This document shows positions 45,490 through 59,749 of a DNA stretch of 64,000 nucleotides, piece after piece (position 1 is the first letter of the stretch; the number at the start of each line of letters is the position of its first letter). This DNA comes from the human T2T-CHM13v2.0 reference genome, Homo sapiens: the NCBI RefSeq assembly GCF_009914755.1, contig NC_060931.1; one strand, given 5' to 3'. The position numbers and the translations under genes were made by a program. The notes beneath the pieces were generated by a model that saw nothing but the letters and a program-made list of their open reading frames with translations, ran no database searches and was not told where the DNA came from.

Positions 45490-46810
45490 AGATGTAATGT
45501 AATCAACATTTAGTGTCAACAACATTTCAGGGATTCTGCTAAGTGTTGGGGGCACAATGAGAAATGAACCAAAGACCTTGCCCTCAATCAGTCACAGCAC
45601 CTGAGAGAGACAGGATACACATGCAAATATAATAGGGCGACAGCAGCAATGGAAACCCACACAGAGGGAGAAAAGGCAAAAGAAAAGAAGTTATTAACTC
45701 TGCTGGGGGGCCAGAGTAAGAGAGGAGAGGAGCACAGGGCAGAGACAAGGGACCCATGTTTTGAATAACCCATGAGCTGTGTGAGAAGGAAAGAGAGAAA
45801 AAAAAGGATACTTCAAGAAAAAGAAAATAAAAGAACAACAGCAATAAAGCACAAAAGAATAACACTGCAAGGCCATTTGAGGGAAATACAAGGACTTTCA
45901 TACTAGCAGGGACATTCACTATAAGAGTGGGGGCCACGTGGGGGGAGGGAGGACTCTGGGCTGTATCTGGTGATGCAGAGGTCAAGGGTAGCTGGGTAGC
46001 CAAGGTGCTAAAATGGTTAGAAGCATACGTTAGGTAATTGGTGGCAGCAGCAAGGGTAGACAACAAGTGACCAGAGCAGACACTGGGACATCAGTTATCA
46101 CATGAACACAACAGACCTGGTGGAAAACAATAAGGGCTAGGACTAGGCTAGAGAGAAAAGTGGAGTTAAAGAGGATTTGGGAAATAGAATGAATGTGTCT
46201 TGGTAATTTACAAAATGTGGAAATATAAGAGAGGGAAAATTGGAAAATTCCATTTTTTTTTACTGGGGTGTCTAGATTCCAGTAACCAAAAATAAAGAAT
46301 ATAGGTGGAAGCCCATGTGTGTGCATTTGTATATGGTGGTGAATGTTGGGAGAGTCATGGAAAATCCATTTAGTTTCGGTACAGGTCAGGTTTGGAGACA
46401 AAGTATGGTTAAAAAAAAAAAAAAACAAAAACAAACTGAAAGAGTCAAGACAAAATCTTCTGAAATGCCTACATTTTAAAATTTGGCAAAATAACTGGAT
46501 CCACGGCAGGTTGGTGGTGTCAGAGTAGACTGCTAGTAAAAAATATGGATTTACTAGCAGTCAAGAGAGGAGACGGTTTCAGAATAAGAGAGACAGAGAC
46601 AGTCTCAGTCAAGATAAGAGAGATAGAGACAGTCCCACTGGCCTTTTAAAAACCTCCCTTTGTCCATCTCATCATGAGAGAGAGACAGAGAGAGAAATAG
46701 AGAATTATCAAGTACCATAAGAGAAATCAGGTCAAATGAAGAGAGATTTGCTGGTTTTTATCATCACCAGGTCACTTTTGACAGACAAGATTTACTGGAG
46801 TGGTGAAGAG
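45490..46810 (-). mobile_element. LINE-2 remnant
   Basis: L2-like reverse motifs (ctgctaagtgttggggg...gaccttgccctcaa; later purine-rich body). Boundaries approximate. Confidence 0.5.
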
Positions 46811-47055
46811 GAGAAGCTCTCATCTCCTGAGAGGAAGCCCTGTCTTCCCCACCACCACTTTATTCATCTGCCTTACTCTTTCATTTTGCTCTGTTTTTTG
46901 TTTCCGCATATAACATCATCTGACATGCATTTATTGTCCATTCCTCCATCAAAACAGAAGGTAAGCACCTCAGCAGCCACTTTGTTTTGTTTGCTAATAA
47001 ATCCAGTACCTAACACAGAGCCTGTCCTTTAGTGAGAGCTTAATAAAAATTTGTT

Positions 47056-47346
<291 letters not shown>

Positions 47347-48303
47347 TATATATATATATATATTTTTTTTTTTTGAGAAAAAGTAATTACTACCCCCACA
47401 CACTGAAATCTCCAGAGATAAACAGGAGGATTATACAGGCATCTAGCTCACAGGTGTCCTATGATGCTGATAACTGTGGGAAAAGAACCAGGGGATGGAT
47501 AAATATCCAGTAACTGGAAGTCTAGGAAGTGATGTATTGAAAGGCATGAGCTCCAGAAGGAAATGGGCTTTCACATGAGGGAGGAAGAGTAACGATCTGA
47601 AAGCAGGAATGAAGACCCGTTCTCTTGGCCCTACGTGTAGAGGACAACGAAAGGCCCACAATCATAAGGCGGCTACATTTCCCCTGTCCTCAGCCTGCTG
47701 ATTAGGTGTGGAGCCTTCCACATCACACATACTCTGAAGGCCATCACGAAGCCTGAACCATCAACCTTTAATCACTTAAGCTCCACATTTAGATCTCCAA
47801 TATTACCTCACATCTCTCCTTAGGTGTCCCACTGGCACTCTAAATAAGTCTCAGAATTCATGACTTTTCCAATATTTGTTCTGCCTCCTGCTTGCCTATC
47901 TCAGTGAGTGACAGATCCCAGTTTCCATCCTCGAGAGGCCTGGAAATCATTCCTGACTCCTCACATCCTCCACGTTATATTCCCCAACATACAACTTGTC
48001 CCTGAACCCTGCTGATTCTATCCTCTCAGGCCCTTCTTCACCTCTCTATCTCCCATGACGGTTCTCCCTCCCTCTCCCTGGGGCTCAAGGGATGACAGCA
48101 AACAGCCTTGCAACTGCTTCAGAGGTTTATCTGGCAGCCACCCTATTCCCACTACCATTTTTTCTGAACTTATTGTCAATTGGCATATATATATATAAAC
48201 ACTGATCATTTAAATCCTTCTCCAGCTTAAAATTTTTCATTGGTCTTCCACCAAAATCGTCACCATGGCCTCTGAGGTCCCACTTCAAAAATGTCTCAAA
48301 GAA

Positions 48304-48894
<591 letters not shown>

Positions 48895-49453
48895 GTCCCA
48901 AACTTCTTCTCTGGCCTCATCACAAGTTATTCTTCCTTGCTGGATCTCCGTGCTCCAGTCCCACAGGCCTTTTAAAAACCTCCCATTGTCTACCTCACCA
49001 TCCCCTAATTATCTCAGTCACCATTCAGATCTCCACCCAGCTGATCCCTACTCAGGAATTTCTTCCCCAGTTACCCAGGCTTGGCTAGATCCTGTATCGT
49101 ACGCTGTTACAGGACCTTTTCTTTTTTCTTTAAAATACTGATCACACTGTTACCGTAATATTTAAGTAAAAAATTTAATTCTTATCTCTTTTCCTCACTG
49201 GACAGTAAGTTCCATGAAGTCAAAGACTGTTTCATTCACCATTCTATCTGTAGCACCTAGCACTAGGCTACGTACATAGACAGCAAGCACCCAGAAAATA
49301 TCCACTGGATGAGTGAATGAGTGGTTTGGATGGTTAAACCAATGATTTAATTCCCCCATCCATGCACATGTATAATTTAAATAATTAATGAATCAGGAAG
49401 AGGGAACAATACTGCAGAGGAAGAAATCACAAAGAATAACATCACAGAGGAAA

Positions 49454-49581
49454 GGCTGGACTGTGGTGGCTCATGCCTGAAATCGCAGCACTTTGGGAGG
49501 CCAAGCCTAGGAGTTAAGAGGCTGCAGTGAACCATGCACTCCAGCCTGGGTGACAGAGTAAGACCATCGCTTAAAAAAAAA
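49454..49581 (+). mobile_element. Internally collapsed Alu
   Basis: Alu 5' end fused to Alu 3' end, followed by A-tail and (CTA)n. Confidence 0.75.
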
Positions 49582-50840
49582 ACTACTACTACTACTAAAA
49601 ATAATGTTGCAGAGGAAAGAGGGAAAGAATGAGCCTCGTCTTGTGAGAAGCAGCTGATCAACTGCCCGGAGAGCAGGGCTCACAGGACAGTGAGAAAGAA
49701 TCCCTGGATAAGCAAAGAAGGATAGGTACGGAGATGTAATTTGATACAGGAGGCAATGGAAAACACGAAAGAAGGAAGTGACATGTTGAAAGATTATTTT
49801 GGAGAGTATTTAGCAGAGGAGTAGTGAGTAGGAAGGCAGAGGTGTGAGCAAAACTAGGGCAGACTTTAAAGCTGTGAAACCCATCCATACACTTGCATAA
49901 TTTAAATAATTAATGAACCAGTAAGGTTTACTGATTCCTATTATATGCTCATATACGAAAGGAGTATAAAACATGGACCTTGTCCATATGAAAAGGGGAG
50001 GAAAGGATATCACAGGGAAGGAAGCATAATGAGTAATGTCCCAAAGGACAGAGTGAGATTAGTTTTGTGAGTAAAATAAATTATACTGTCTAATAAATAT
50101 CTAATACTTCCTATAATCTGTGTTCTTACAGAAATAATAATAGAGTTTAAGACAATCTTTCAGGCTTATCAGTTATGAAACTAACAATGATGGGTTTACT
50201 CTCACTAAATATAAAATACCTGAATCCTACATCCTTTCATAACAACAGTTATCAAGTTAAAGTCAGGTAAAGTGTGGTTACATGTGGAAACTGGTTCCAG
50301 AGCTGGTCTCCAGGCGTCGGTGGTCACCCTCCAACTTTCTGCTGTGGGACCCAGGATTCTCAGTGAAATTCTGCCTGGAGTACCAGCAGGGCACCATGCT
50401 GGTGTCGAAGCTGTCATGGGAATTCCTTACATTGACAAACTCACCAAGTAGCAGATATCCTGTCTCCCTAGAGCTCTTCCTGTATTAACTCCTTTAATCC
50501 TTACAGTCACCTAGTACCCTCTCCAATATCATCGTCTTTTAAAGGTTAAGTGGTTTAAGCAGAGGAGATAAGTAACTGGCTTGAGGTCACAACACCTCCT
50601 GGGAGAATAGAGACAGAATACTGGGCCTTGGAATCTAAAAACACTACTCCTTTACTCCTTTTCTCTCCCATTCCTCCACCCCAGCCTGGGTGCACCTTTG
50701 GCAGCCAGATGTCCTGCTGGTTGCTGGCCAACACCTGTGGAATTATCGACCAGTGACTTTCTTCTGAAAATGCCACTGGGCACACAACTTATTCAGTGTG
50801 GCGTTTAGTAACCTCACGTCGGAAAACTATGACATACCAC

Positions 50841-52393
50841 TGTGTCCGGAATTGGTGGGTTCTTTGTCTTGCTGACTTCAATAATGAAGCCACGGACCCT
50901 CGCGGTGAGTGTTACAGTTCTTAAAGATGGTGTGTCCAGAGTTTGTTCCTTCAGATGTTCAGATGTGTCCGGAGTTTCTTCCTTCTGGTGGGTTCGTGGT
51001 CTCACTGACTTCAGGAGTGAAGCTGCAGACCTTCGCAGTGTTACAGCTCTACAAGGCATCGCCTCTGGAATTGTTCATTCCTTCTGGTGGGTTCGTGGTC
51101 TTGCTGGCTTCCGGCTTCAGGAGTGAAGTTGCAGACCTTCGCTGTGAGTGTTACAGCTCTTAAAGGCGGTGCGGACCCAAAGAGTGAACAGCAGCAAGAT
51201 TCATTGCAAAGAGCGAAAGAACAAAGCTTCCACAGCGGGGAATGGGACCCCAGCCGGTTGCCGCAGCTGGCTCTGGCAGCCTGCTTTTATTCCTTTATCT
51301 GGCCCCATCCACATCCTGCAGATTGGTCCATTTTACAGAGAACTGATTGGTCCGTTTTGACAGGGTGCTCATTGGTGCATTTACAATCCCTGAGCTAGAC
51401 ACAGAGTGCTGATTGGTACATTTACAATCCTCTAGCTGGACATAAAAGTTCTCCAAGTCCCCACTAGATTAGCTAGATACAGAGTGCTGAATGGTGTGTT
51501 TACAATCCTTTAGTTAGACACAAAAGGTCTCCAAGCCAGATTAGCTAGACACAGAGTGCTGATGGGTGCATTTACAATCCTCCAGCTAGACATAAAAGTT
51601 CTCCAAGTCCCCACCAGATTAGCTAAATACAGAGTGCTGATTGGTGCAGCCATGAATCCCGAGCTAGACACAGATTGCTGATTGTTGCATATACAATCCT
51701 CCAGCTAGACATAAAAGTTCTCCAAGTCCCCACTGGACTCAGGGGCCCAACTGGCTTCGCCTAGTGGATCCCACACCAGGGCTGCAGGCAGAGCTGCCCA
51801 CCAGTCCCGCACCGTGCACTGGCACTCCTCAAACCTAGGGCGGCAGATGGGACCGGGTGCCGTGGAGCAGGAGGTGGTGCCTGTTGGGGAGGCTTGGGCC
51901 ACTGGGAGCCCACGGCGGGGGGTGGGGGTGGGGGTTGGTTGGGGAGCTAGGGCATGGCGGGCTGCAGGTCCCCAACCCTGAGCGGGGAGGCGGCTGAGGC
52001 CCAGTGAGAACTCCAGCGCGGCTCGGGCGGGCTGGCAGTACTGGGGGATCCGGCACACCCTCCACAGCTGCTGGCCCAGGTGCTAAACCCCTTACTTCCC
52101 GGGGCCAGCGGTGCTGGCTGGCCGCTCCAAGTGTGGGGCCCACTGAGCCCATGCCCACCCGGAACTCACGCTGTCCTGCAAGCGCCCCGCACAGCCCCGG
52201 GTCCCCGCCCGCACCTCTCCCTTCACACCTCCCTGCAAGCAGAGGGAGCCAGCTCCGGCCTCAGCCAGCCCAGAGAGTGGCTCCCACAGCGCAGCGGTGG
52301 GCTGAAGGGCTCCTTGAGCATGGCCAGAGTGGACATCGAGGCTGAGGAGGCACCAAGAGCGAGCAAGGGCTGCTAGCACTTTGTCACCTTTCA
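50841..52393 (-). mobile_element. LTR12 (ERV9) solo LTR, same strand as CADPS2
   Basis: Minus strand starts TGAAAGGTGACAAAGTGCTAGCAGCC and ends ACCCACCAATTCCGGACACA. GC-rich U3, tandem CCAAT-containing repeats at ~51320-51730, AATAAAA TATA-like box at 51285-51291, tandem U5 repeats. Confidence 0.93.
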
Positions 52394-53510
52394 CTATGTA
52401 TGTCACATTTGTCCACATTTCAGTAAATTTTAACTTACATACAGCCTTCAATCTGAGCACCACCAACTGCCACTCTTCCCATTAATCTACTCAGCTTATA
52501 TACCAAAGAAGTCACTGAATATCTTAACAAAGTCGCGGTGAACTAATAACAAAAGTGAAATGTGATTACTATAACAAGAAACTATATCTGCCAAAAGTAA
52601 GTCTGCTCAGCTGTCTAAACAAGGCTTCAAACATACTTTTCCACAGAAGCCCTTATTGTTCACACATTGCTGTTGATTTGAACCATGCATTACTTCTTTG
52701 ATTTAAAAGGATTTTATAATGACGAGAAAAACATTATCTGCTTGCCAAATCATTGTGGCTATGAGATGGTTCCAGGAAGGCTGCCAGCATGTGTTCAGCA
52801 AAACGCTGAGAAAAGTACAAGAGTCTCACTTATAAGACATGCCTTTTTCTCCTGAATAATGCCAAATAAAATATTGTCTCATAATTTCCATAACCTATGC
52901 TGTCCTTGGAGAAACAGCAACATAGATTTTAAAACTACTTTTCAGGTGTTATCAATTCATGAAGCTTTGTAACTGTGGTGAAGTTTAGTCTCACTAGAAA
53001 TCAAATAATTTTGGTTTTCCAGTATGTAAATACCAGTATTTTTTTTACGTGGAAACATTTTACTTCCTGATTCATACGTGTTGTAATCCAAACTTAAAAG
53101 AGATACACTTTAAAAAGGAAAATCTGAACCTCAAGTGTGCTGAAGCTCTAAGACATGAACTGTTTTACTGGATGGAAACACACTAAGGCAGCATTTGTCC
53201 ATCTGTGGGACCTGTCTGTGACTCACACAAAACGGAGTCCTCTGTGGTGACACCAGACACAGAAATGCAAAGGAGCCCGGGGCTCCATTCTGACTATGCT
53301 GTCCAAGAAGACACACTTTGGCTCCCTGTTAACGCCCTAGATGTGGAGAAAGAACAATGGTCACGTACCGGAAAAGGCCAGTGTGCCTCCTCTGATTTCA
53401 AGTGAAAACTCTAAAGTGATGTTCTCTCCTTTCATTTCCAGTTATTTTTTGGAAAAGTCATCCACCAAGGTGAGTTAAATGATAACGTGTACTAAATTTT
53501 TTAAAAATTA

Positions 53511-54012
53511 TCCAGTCTATCACTGATGGGCATTCGGGTTGGTTCCAAGTCTTTGCTATTATAAATAATGCTGCAATAAACATATGTGTGCATATGTCTG
53601 AATAAAGAAAATGTGGCACATATACACCATGGAATACCACGCAGCCATAAAAAAAGAATGAGTTCATGTCCTCTGCAGGAATGTGGACGAAGCTGGAAGC
53701 CATCATTCCAAGCAAACCAACACAGGACCAGAAAACCAAACACCATACATTCTCACTCATAAGTGGGAGCTAAACAATGAGAACACATGCATGCAGGGAG
53801 GGGAACAACATACACCAGGGCCTGTTGGGGGCGCTGGGGGTTAAAGGAGGGGAGAGGATTAGGACAAACACCCAATGCACACAGGGCTTAAAATTTAGAC
53901 TATGGGTTGATAGGTGCAGCAAACCACCACGGCACATGCACGCCCATGCAACAAACCTGCACGTTCTGTACATGCATCCCAGAACCCAAAGTAAAAAAAA
54001 CAACAACAAAAA
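53511..54012. mobile_element. Short L1PA 3' fragment with 5' inversion
   Basis: Minus-strand L1 at ~53511-53599 joined to plus-strand gaataaagaaaatgtggcac...3'UTR and A-tail. aaattat on both flanks is the probable TSD. Confidence 0.8.
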
Positions 54013-54590
54013 AAGAAATTATAACCTCTTGAACCTCAAAATAAAATAAAATAAAGACCTACTTGTGCATCTTTTGCCAAAGGAAACAAACTTAAGGTAA
54101 GGGGGTGGGGAGGAGAGCAGTAAACCCTGGGAAAAGCCAACATGATCCGAAACTTGGACTGTCTAAATTATTAAAATATTCTTTAAAAAATGAATAGGTT
54201 CCTGACTGATTAGTCTGTTTACGAGAAACACCTACAATACATTAGAGTAGACAATAAAATAACTAAGGGGGAGTATCTCAATTACTTGTTAGGGTCCTTC
54301 ATAAAATTTTATTAATGGCACCTTAAATGTAAACACTACAGAGAAACTGCCAGAAGAATGAAGACTTAGCAGAAAATACATGTCTTTTGCCACAAGTAAT
54401 GAGAAAACAAGAGCCAAATGTTTGTCTTTAAAGTTGGTTTGCTTACCCTTCAACTTTGACATTCATTTGAAAAATGAGGACATTTTATATACCAGGCTGT
54501 ATCTCGACTGCTCACTACATTGCAATACAATAAGCTTATGTTCAAGTAGCAGTTGGAGAAGGATGCTGTTAGCCCCAATTAAATATCCAC

Positions 54591-54833
54591 TTCACACAGC
54601 ATGACTAGAGAGAGATCCTGCTTCCCATGATGACTGATCAGCTCAAGTACCATCTGGAGAGACAGGAGAACCTGGAGGCCTGCTGTCAGCTGCTCAGCCA
54701 CATCCTGGAGGTGCTGTACAGGAAGGACATGGGGCCAACTCAGAGGCAGATCCAGATTATCATGGAGAAACTTCTCCAGACTGTGAACCAAACCATCATT
54801 TCCATGGGACAAGATTCCGAACTCACTGTAAGT
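54591..54833 (+). pseudogene. DOCK1-derived pseudogene fragment (FTQHD*REILLPMMTDQLKYHLERQENLEACCQLLSHILEVLYRKDMGPTQRQIQIIMEKLLQTVNQTIISMGQDSELT) ending at a GTAAGT donor
   Basis: 79 codons recognisable as DOCK1 (DOCK180). In-frame TAG at 54606-54608. Substitutions (R>Q, D>N, V>M/I) fit CpG decay. Homology ends exactly at gtaagt 54828-54833. Confidence 0.85.
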
Positions 54834-55061
54834 GCTTGGTGACAGTATTTTTTTTTTCCAGGTCACTTTGTGTGCCCAAAGCCAGTCAATGGATTCTTTG
54901 TTGGCACTGTTTTGTGCCAGGCTTTTTATCCATCCAAGTCTCCCTCAACCTACCTTCTAGCCTTCTCTTCCATTTCTTTCAAGAACATATTTTCTGTTCC
55001 AGTAAAAGGACACACTTGTGTAGCCCTCCACACTCTGCGTACATTCCCACCCCCATAGCTT

Positions 55062-55790
55062 AACCATTTGTTCAATAAATGTTTACCAAGACAAACCAAA
55101 ATGCCAGGCAATATGATCAGGTGTCATAAGCAAGGGTTTGCTTCCTTCCTAGAGCTTACAGTGGGGCAAACAAATGGTTATACAAACCAATATGCCTGTG
55201 GCTTGATAAATACTAGTGAGAATTTCTGGTGCTATAAGTTTGTAACAAAGTTTGAATCTAGCTGAGGAGGTCATGGTGGCTTCCCTGAGGAGGTGAGCAG
55301 AGATCTGAAGACAAAGAATTTGCAAATCAAAAGGAACCAAGGGGCCAGGAGACAGTGGGTAGAGGGAACACAGCCTATCTAAGGGGGCCTTAAGGCAGCT
55401 CCCTGGGCTGCAGTGAAGGGCCTGAGAGTACAGTGGAATGGGAGGTGCCTGAGGAGGACGGGTGGGCTTTGTCAGGCCTGGAAAGTGCTCTGGTCTTTAT
55501 CCCAGGAGCATGGAATGCCATCAATATTTAAGGCAGAGAGTCACATGATAAAAACTGTATTTTGCAAATAGCTAAAATTTATTTTAGGGACTTCATGTAT
55601 ATTAACCCTCACAACTGCATAAAGAAGGTGCTAGTATTTATCTTAAAGGTAAACAACAACAACAACAACAATAAAAACCCAAAAAGCATACAGAAGTAAA
55701 GAGACATGGCCAAGATCACACAGCCAGAGTGTGGAAGAGTCAAGATTTAAGCCCAGTCTCACTCTAGAGCTCCCTTTTTCACCACCATGC
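55062..55790 (-). mobile_element. L2 remnant followed by a MIR containing (AAC)n
   Basis: catttgttcaataaatgttta...atgccagg L2 end; ggccaagatcacacagccag...gatttaagcccag MIR motif. Boundaries approximate. Confidence 0.55.
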
Positions 55791-56330
55791 AATCAAGTTC
55801 AGCAATTTATCAATTTGTGGCTCATTCGGCTGAGCTGGAAGGGCCAATGAGTAAATGGATTGGTAAGGATTAGGCAGGAGAATGCTCCTGTTCACCTGTT
55901 TGTCAAGCATTCCGCAGCTTGATGGTATTTCTCTATTCTAAGCCATCTTAATACTTTCCCATGCTCTGTGTAGGTATAAAACACTGCTGTCCTGTCTTAT
56001 ACCACATCATTGTATGTCTCTCTTGTTAAGACTGCAAACTGCACCTTTGAAATCTCTGTAGTGTCTAGTATCATTAGACACTCAAATTTTAAAGGAAATC
56101 ATTAGGTCCTTGTGGTAATGGACTTTGGAAAGTTATTGAATCTAAAGGCTGCTGTGCTGACCAGTGTGGGATGAAGTTTTCATGAATTCAAAGTGAAAAA
56201 AGAAAATACAAGGACTTCAAAGTCCATTTTAATAAAGCTGATTTTAATATTCTAATAGTTGAAACTGTAGGTACAAGAAGTCACTTTTTGTAATACAATG
56301 TTATTAACTGTAAATGTGTGGTTTTGTTGC

Positions 56331-58112
56331 TGTATTCATCCAATGGATTCTTCCCACACAGCTGCACAGACAAAACCAACTCACTGAGACTGTGCTATAA
56401 CAATAGAGAAGGAATTTTATTAATGCAAGGCTGGCCACACAGAAGATGGGAGTTATTACTCAAATTAATCTCTCAAAGGCTTGGAGTTTACGTTTTTTGT
56501 AAGGATAATTTGGTGGGCAAGGGTTTAGGAAATGGGGAATGTTGACTGCTTAGAGGTGAAATCACAGGTGTGTGGGAAATGGTCCTCCTGCACTTAGCCT
56601 CTGAGTAGGGGCCATAGGATGGGTTGCACCACTACTGTGGGTCTGGGTGGATTTAGTTGGTGGTCAAAAATGCAAAAATGTGAAAGATACCTCAAAAGGC
56701 CGATCTTAGGTTCTACATAGTGATGTTATCTATAGGAGCAATTCAGGGAAGTCACAAATCTTGTGACCTCTGGCCATAGGACTACTGAACAGTAAGGGGT
56801 TACAGAAATTATGCCTACATTTTAGCAGAATGTTGCAGGAAGTCAGGGACCTCGAATGGAGGGACCAGCTGAAACCATGGCAGAAGAACATAAATTGTGA
56901 AGATTTCATGGACATTTAACACTTCCCCAATCAATACTCTTATAATTTCCTATGCCTGTCTTTTATCTCTTAATCCCGTCATCTTCGTAAGTTGAGGATG
57001 TATGTTGCCCAGGACCCTGTAATGATTGCGTTAACTGCACAAATTGTTCGTAAAGCATGTGCGTTTGAACAATATGAAATCTGGGCACCTTAAGAACAGG
57101 GTAACAGTGATTTTCAGGGAACAAGGGAGATAACCTTAAAGTCTGGCTGCTGTGGGCCGGGCAGGACAGAGCCATATTTCTCTTATTACCGAAAACAGGT
57201 AAGATAAATATCACTGAATTCTTTCCCCAGTAAGGAATATTAATAATTAACAGCCCTGGGAAAAGAATGCATTCCTGGGGGGGGGGGGGCTCTAAAATGG
57301 CCACCCTGGGAGTGTCTGCCTCATGCACATGTAGATAGGAATGAAACATGCCCTACTCTCCTGCAGCACCCCCAGGCTTGCTAGGATTAGGAAATTCCAG
57401 CCTGGCGAATTCTAGTCAGACCGGTTCTCTGCTCTTGAATCCTGTTAAGATGTTTATCAATGACAATGTGTGCACAGCAGGACGTGGACGTTCATTAGTG
57501 ATTCTAGTTTCACCCTGACCTTGTGATCTCGCCCTAACCTTGTGATCTCACCCTGACCTTCTGCCTTGTGATCTTTTGTTGCCCTTAAAGCATGTGATCT
57601 CTGTGACCCACACCCTATTCGTATACTCCCTCCCCTTTGAAAATTGCTGGTAAAAACTTGCTGGTTTTACGGCTCAGGGGGCATCACGGAACCTGCCGAC
57701 ATATTATGTCTCCCCTGGACATCCAGCTTTAAAATTTCTCTCTTTTGTACTCTTTCCCTTTATTTCTCAGACCGGCCAACACTGAGGGAACATAGCAAAG
57801 GACCCACATTGAAATATCGGGGGCTGAATTTCCCCCAATAGCAGAACTCAGGCCCCTCTCACAATCCTAATCTTGTGGCCTTTCATTAGTTTTACAAAGA
57901 TGGTTTTTAGTCCCTGAGAAAGAAGGGGTTTAGTTTTAGAGAGGGACTATTATCATCTTTGCTTCCAAGTTAAACTATAAACTAAATCTTTGCCATGATT
58001 AGCTTGACCTATGTACAGGAATGAACAAAGACAGCCAGCCTATGAGGCTAGAAGCAAGATAGAGTCAGCTATGTTAGATTTCTCTGTCATAATCTTTGCA
58101 AAGGCAGTTTTA
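56331..58112 (-). mobile_element. MER4/LTR8-group ERV1 solo LTR interrupted by MER11
   Basis: Minus strand starts (T)AAAACTGCCTTTGCAAAGATTATGAC; the other end reads tgtattcatccaatggattcttc...gctgcacagacaaaaccaa on the plus strand. Confidence 0.8.
56831..57840 (+). mobile_element. MER11 (HERV-K11/HML-8) solo LTR
   Basis: Starts tgttgcaggaagtcagggacc and ends gaatttcccccaata. Perfect 6-bp TSD gcagaa at 56825-56830 and 57841-57846. Internal tgacc/tgtgatc repeats. Confidence 0.9.
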
Positions 58113-58418
58113 TTGTTGTTGCAATGGTTAATTACCTTTCTTGGCACACAAAAAAAGTACAATATCTGACCTCTGTTTTTATTTACTAATCCATGAATTC
58201 CAAAGATTTGAAAAACACTCGTTTAAACAATCCCATTTCTTTACCTATCAAATGTGAAGAATCACAGCTTAAAACTAATAGCAAATAATCTGTTTTATCT
58301 AAAAAATAAATTTTGTTAAGAAATACCTCTAGACCCTTATCTATAAACTAGGAGACACTTGCTTTCAAAAGATCCTTCCAACTTTTCTAAATCCCTTATG
58401 ATTAATCTAAACCCCTCA

Positions 58419-58740
<322 letters not shown>

Positions 58741-58753
58741 AACATCTAAAAAA

Positions 58754-59749
<996 letters not shown>

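Noticed and set aside
51320-51730. Regularly spaced direct repeats resembling a CRISPR-like array
   Set aside because: These are the known CCAAT-containing tandem enhancer repeats of LTR12 U3; the spacers are not unique and the DNA is eukaryotic.
53511-54833. DOCK1 fragment as a 3' transduction of the adjacent L1
   Set aside because: The L1 appears closed by its own short TSD near 54015, and the DOCK1 homology looks spliced and starts 570 bp later.
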